A stretch of 64,000 bases of DNA from Alphaproteobacteria bacterium (GTDB taxonomy: Bacteria; Pseudomonadota; Alphaproteobacteria; RF32; CAG-239), in the NCBI GenBank assembly GCA_045611785.1, contig JAZKXV010000002.1:3455-67454 (forward strand). Direction: 5' to 3'. The notes under the pieces were generated by a model, which was given only the letters and a program-made list of their open reading frames with translations, searched no databases and had not been told where the DNA came from. Position 1 is the first letter of the stretch. Each line of letters begins with the position of its first letter. The position numbers and the translations under genes are program-made. Shown here piece after piece: positions 60,434 to 64,000 of this stretch.

Positions 60434-62701
60434 TTACAATATTTCACGTCTGCCGACATGGTCTGCCGGACCTACAATACCCTCTTCTTCCATTCGGTCA
60501 ATTAGCGCAGCTGCTCGATTATATCCGATTCGCAATTTTCGCTGAATATAGCTAGTTGAAGCTTTTTTATCATTTCTTACAATAGCCAAAGCTTGCGCAT
60601 ATAAATCAGCATCGCTACCACCACCCATAGATGTATTATCAAACACAGAACCTGTATCTTTAGAGTTAAGTTCACCTGCTGTAACTTCTTCTACATATTC
60701 TGGCTCACGTTGCTGTTTTAAGAATTCTACAACGGCTTCTATTTCGCTTTCTTTTACAAAGCCACCATGAACACGAAGAGGTCTTAAACCTGCAGGCATA
60801 TATAACATATCACCCATACCTAAAAGTTGTTCAGCACCTTGCTCGCCCAAAATTGTGCGGCTATCAATTTTAGATGTAACCTGAAAACTTATACGACTAG
60901 GGAAGTTTGCTTTAATTGTACCTGTAACAACGTCAACAGAAGGTCTTTGAGTTGCCATAATAAGGTGAATTCCGGCCGCACGAGCCATTTGTGCTAAACG
61001 CTGAATCGCAGCCTCAACCTCTTTACCTGCCACAAGCATTAAGTCGGCCATTTCATCAACTACAATAACAATATATGGCAATTCTGTTGTATCAATCTCT
61101 TGTTCTTCATATACAGGTTTACCTGTTTCAGAATCAAAACCGACCTGAATTGTTCTTGTAAGTTTTTCTCCGCTTTCCTTCAACTCTTTAAGTTTTTGAT
61201 TATATCCTGTTATATTTTTCACATTAAGCAAGGCCATTTTACGGTTACGGGCTTCCATTTCCCTAACTGCCCATTTTAAGCCCACAACTGCCTTTGCCGG
61301 ATCTGTAATTACAGGAGTAAGCAAGTGAGGAATTCCATTATACATAGAAAACTCAAGCATTTTAGGATCTATCATTATAAACTTACATTTTTCCGGACTT
61401 AATCTGTATAACAAAGATAAAATCATAGAGTTTACACCTACAGATTTACCGGAACCTGTTGTACCTGCAACCAATAAGTGTGGCATTCTTGCCAAATCGG
61501 CATAAGTATTTTTACCGCCAATATCCTTACCTAACACAATATTTAATGTATTTTTTGTATCTGTAAATTGTGGATCAGAAAGCAAATCTTTCAACCATAC
61601 AGTTTCTCTTTTAGGATTTGGCAATTCAATACCTATTGTGTTTGAACCAGGAACAACTGCAATACGAACAGAAATAGCAGACATAGAACGAGCGATATCA
61701 TCTGATAAACTTATAACACGAGCTGTTTTTGTTCCGGGTGCTGGTTCTAACTCATACAATGTAACAACTGGTCCCGGACGCACTTTAACAATTTTACCAT
61801 TAACGCTAAATTCTTGTAATACTTCTTCTAATTTTAAAGCAGTAGCATCAAGTTCTTTTTGGCTTATATCATTTCCTCCTTTATCTTTTGGACGAGAAAG
61901 CAAATTAATATCAGGATACATATAGCCATCATTTGCAACTGCTTTTTTAGATTTTGTACTATTAGATGAAATTAATTTCGGCTCTATTTTTGCAGGTTGT
62001 TCTTGTTTTTTATCTTCTTTAACTTTCTTTTCAATTTTACGTTGAACTTTCTGAGTTTTTTTGCCTATTAATAAATAACAAATCTTGGCAAACATCTTAG
62101 CAACAAACACTAAAATGCTCCAAACTTTATTAAATATAAATTTTATAACAGCATACCAACATTTCAATGTTATTCCTAAAACCATATTAAATGACATAAA
62201 GCTGATTAAAGCAAAAACCGCTGTCATTATTTCTACTCCGTATGGAATATTATATTTTGAAAGCTGAGTTTGTATCAAACCCACGCTTATTTGTGCCACT
62301 TTTCCACCTAAATGATAATTCCCCCAAATTTTAGGATACATTAAATGTATTAATGAAGATAAAGAGAAAACACCCATTAAAAATGCAAACAATCGAACTT
62401 TAAATTCAACAATTGTATTGTGACGAATAAGTGCTATCCCCCAACGTACAAAGCCTAACATAAACACAGCAATAGCAATACCAAAGCTACACAAAATAAA
62501 ATCTGCCAAGTTCGATCCAAATAAGCCTAAAATGTTTGTCGGCTCCAAATTATTTTGTTGGTTTAAACTTGGATCAGCCGGATTATATGTCAAAAGTGAT
62601 AAATAAACTACAACAACAAACATAATTAAAAAAATTCCGCTTACTTTTTTTGCAAAAACGGCCAATTTACTTTGTTTTTTCTTCTTATTATTCTTTGCCA
62701 T
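60434..62701 (-). CDS. ftsK: DNA translocase FtsK
   Basis: N-terminal TMs, AGTTGSGKS, DEMADL, gamma domain IGYNRAA. Confidence 0.97.
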   Translation of the reverse strand: MAKNNKKKKQSKLAVFAKKVSGIFLIMFVVVVYLSLLTYNPADPSLNQQNNLEPTNILGLFGSNLADFILCSFGIAIAVFMLGFVRWGIALIRHNTIVEFKVRLFAFLMGVFSLSSLIHLMYPKIWGNYHLGGKVAQISVGLIQTQLSKYNIPYGVEIMTAVFALISFMSFNMVLGITLKCWYAVIKFIFNKVWSILVFVAKMFAKICYLLIGKKTQKVQRKIEKKVKEDKKQEQPAKIEPKLISSNSTKSKKAVANDGYMYPDINLLSRPKDKGGNDISQKELDATALKLEEVLQEFSVNGKIVKVRPGPVVTLYELEPAPGTKTARVISLSDDIARSMSAISVRIAVVPGSNTIGIELPNPKRETVWLKDLLSDPQFTDTKNTLNIVLGKDIGGKNTYADLARMPHLLVAGTTGSGKSVGVNSMILSLLYRLSPEKCKFIMIDPKMLEFSMYNGIPHLLTPVITDPAKAVVGLKWAVREMEARNRKMALLNVKNITGYNQKLKELKESGEKLTRTIQVGFDSETGKPVYEEQEIDTTELPYIVIVVDEMADLMLVAGKEVEAAIQRLAQMARAAGIHLIMATQRPSVDVVTGTIKANFPSRISFQVTSKIDSRTILGEQGAEQLLGMGDMLYMPAGLRPLRVHGGFVKESEIEAVVEFLKQQREPEYVEEVTAGELNSKDTGSVFDNTSMGGGSDADLYAQALAIVRNDKKASTSYIQRKLRIGYNRAAALIDRMEEEGIVGPADHVGRREIL

Positions 62702-62716
62702 ATTTTTTTTCCATTT

Positions 62717-63547
62717 TTAAAATTTAAATTTTTTAAGTTCATCTAAACTAGAAACAACATCTCTATCAATGCAAAATGACGGATTTAATTTTACTCCTAC
62801 CACATTTGTAGCTTGGTATGCCTGATATTTCATTATACTTGGAATAGATTTTTCTTCCTCTTGCATCTGTTTATAAATTTTTTTCACTTCTTCAATTTGC
62901 TTTGCTTTTTTAGGAGAGTTGTATTGAGGTCGGCATAATGTCAAAACTTCTGTGCACCCGCAAGAAACCAAACCCTTTCGCATAAAATACAACATTAAAT
63001 CCATATCATTCTTGTCTTCTTCATCAATTTGCATCGGAAAAAACTCACTAATTTCTTCTCTATTCATCATAAGTGTAGAGTAACAAACTTGAGCTTCCTT
63101 ACCATAATTTACCAAATTTATTTTTGGTTCAATTACTGCACATCCCATTGGAAGTAAATTACAAGAATGATCAGCAAAAGCATAACTTGTGTGACTTAAA
63201 ACAAAATTATATCGAAGCATAAAAGCATAATGACGAGAAATTTTATCTTGCACCCAAAAATTATCAGGTTCTAATATTGCAATATAATCTCCTGTTGCCT
63301 TTGTAATTGCATAAGCATACGATTCTGTATAACCTTTACGGGTTTTATTTAAACAAAGCTTAACCCTTGGATCAATTTTTTTATATCTTTGCAACAAAGC
63401 AGCCGTAGAATCTGTAGAAGCATCATTAACAATAATCCATTCCAAATTAGGATAATCTTGATAAGCAAAACACTTACAAGCTGTTTCTAAAAAACGTTCG
63501 CAATTATATGCCACGGTAATTACAGATATCTTCTTATATTCTACCAT
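62717..63547 (-). CDS. GT2-family glycosyltransferase-like protein with degenerate motifs
   Basis: ISVIT.AYN, NDASTD, GDYIAILEPD; ATG 63547 has AGGG upstream. Confidence 0.8.
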   Translation of the reverse strand: MVEYKKISVITVAYNCERFLETACKCFAYQDYPNLEWIIVNDASTDSTAALLQRYKKIDPRVKLCLNKTRKGYTESYAYAITKATGDYIAILEPDNFWVQDKISRHYAFMLRYNFVLSHTSYAFADHSCNLLPMGCAVIEPKINLVNYGKEAQVCYSTLMMNREEISEFFPMQIDEEDKNDMDLMLYFMRKGLVSCGCTEVLTLCRPQYNSPKKAKQIEEVKKIYKQMQEEEKSIPSIMKYQAYQATNVVGVKLNPSFCIDRDVVSSLDELKKFKF

Positions 63548-63644
63548 ATTTAAAATCCCTGTGTCTGTTTTTTCATAAAAACTTGACTTTAAATCAAAAT
63601 ACACATAATTTCCCAATAAAAGATTAAGAAAAAGGTTTTTATTT

Positions 63645-64000
63645 ATGAAATATGCATTTGTTTTTCCCGGTCAGGGATCTCAGTTTGTCGGCATGGGCAA
63701 AGAACTTGCTGATAACTTTGCTTCAGCAAAAGAAGTTTTTGATGAAGTTAACGACGCTTTAGAACAAGATTTGTTCAAAATCATGACTTCCGGTCCGGAA
63801 CATGAATTAACACTTACAGCCAATACACAGCCTGCTCTTATGGCTCATTCTATGGCTGTAGTACGCGTTTTAGAAAAAGAATTCGGAATTTCATTAAAAG
63901 ACAAAGCAACCTTTGTAGCAGGACACTCTTTAGGTGAATATTCTGCTGCATGCGCAGGCGGCGTCTTTTCTCTTTCCGATACTGCAAAATTATTGCGTAT
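63645..64000 (+). CDS. fabD: Malonyl-CoA:ACP transacylase, partial (runs off window end)
   Basis: Hand translation MKYAFVFPGQGSQ..., TQPAL, GHSLGEY. Confidence 0.95.
   Translation, partial: MKYAFVFPGQGSQFVGMGKELADNFASAKEVFDEVNDALEQDLFKIMTSGPEHELTLTANTQPALMAHSMAVVRVLEKEFGISLKDKATFVAGHSLGEYSAACAGGVFSLSDTAKLLR

Overview
AT-rich chromosomal window from an alphaproteobacterium (GcrA, IalB-family protein, alpha-type ribosomal proteins, hfq-hflX, rpoZ-rel). The gene mix resembles uncultured gut Rhodospirillales-like lineages; this is inference. Most genes lie on the minus strand. Housekeeping content: S10-spc ribosomal cluster (rpsJ to rplO, detached from tuf and secY), rpsF-rpsR-rplI, mraZ-rsmH-ftsL-ftsI, recG, rlmN, ftsK, tolB, tRNA-Arg(CCT) and a partial fabD. 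No transposase, integrase, prophage or CRISPR array was found. Main items of interest: (1) six dispersed monocistronic genes sharing one format (near-consensus sigma70 promoter, nearly G-free Shine-Dalgarno-less leader ending in ttATG, higher-GC coding sequence), several at points where conserved operons break off; (2) two of these are divergent paralogous promoter-ORF-terminator units flanking an LDH-family gene; (3) several full-length proteins with substituted functional residues (CCA-adding enzyme, L,D-transpeptidase, trypsin-like domain, GT2, Hfq); (4) a Chlamydia-type AaxB/AaxC arginine decarboxylase system; (5) a sucrose-phosphate-synthase-like glycosyltransferase; (6) a large secreted Cys-rich repeat protein next to decayed palindromic repeats; (7) structured non-coding elements in the ribosomal operons and a GANTC cluster. 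Product calls come from motif recognition only; no database search was run.
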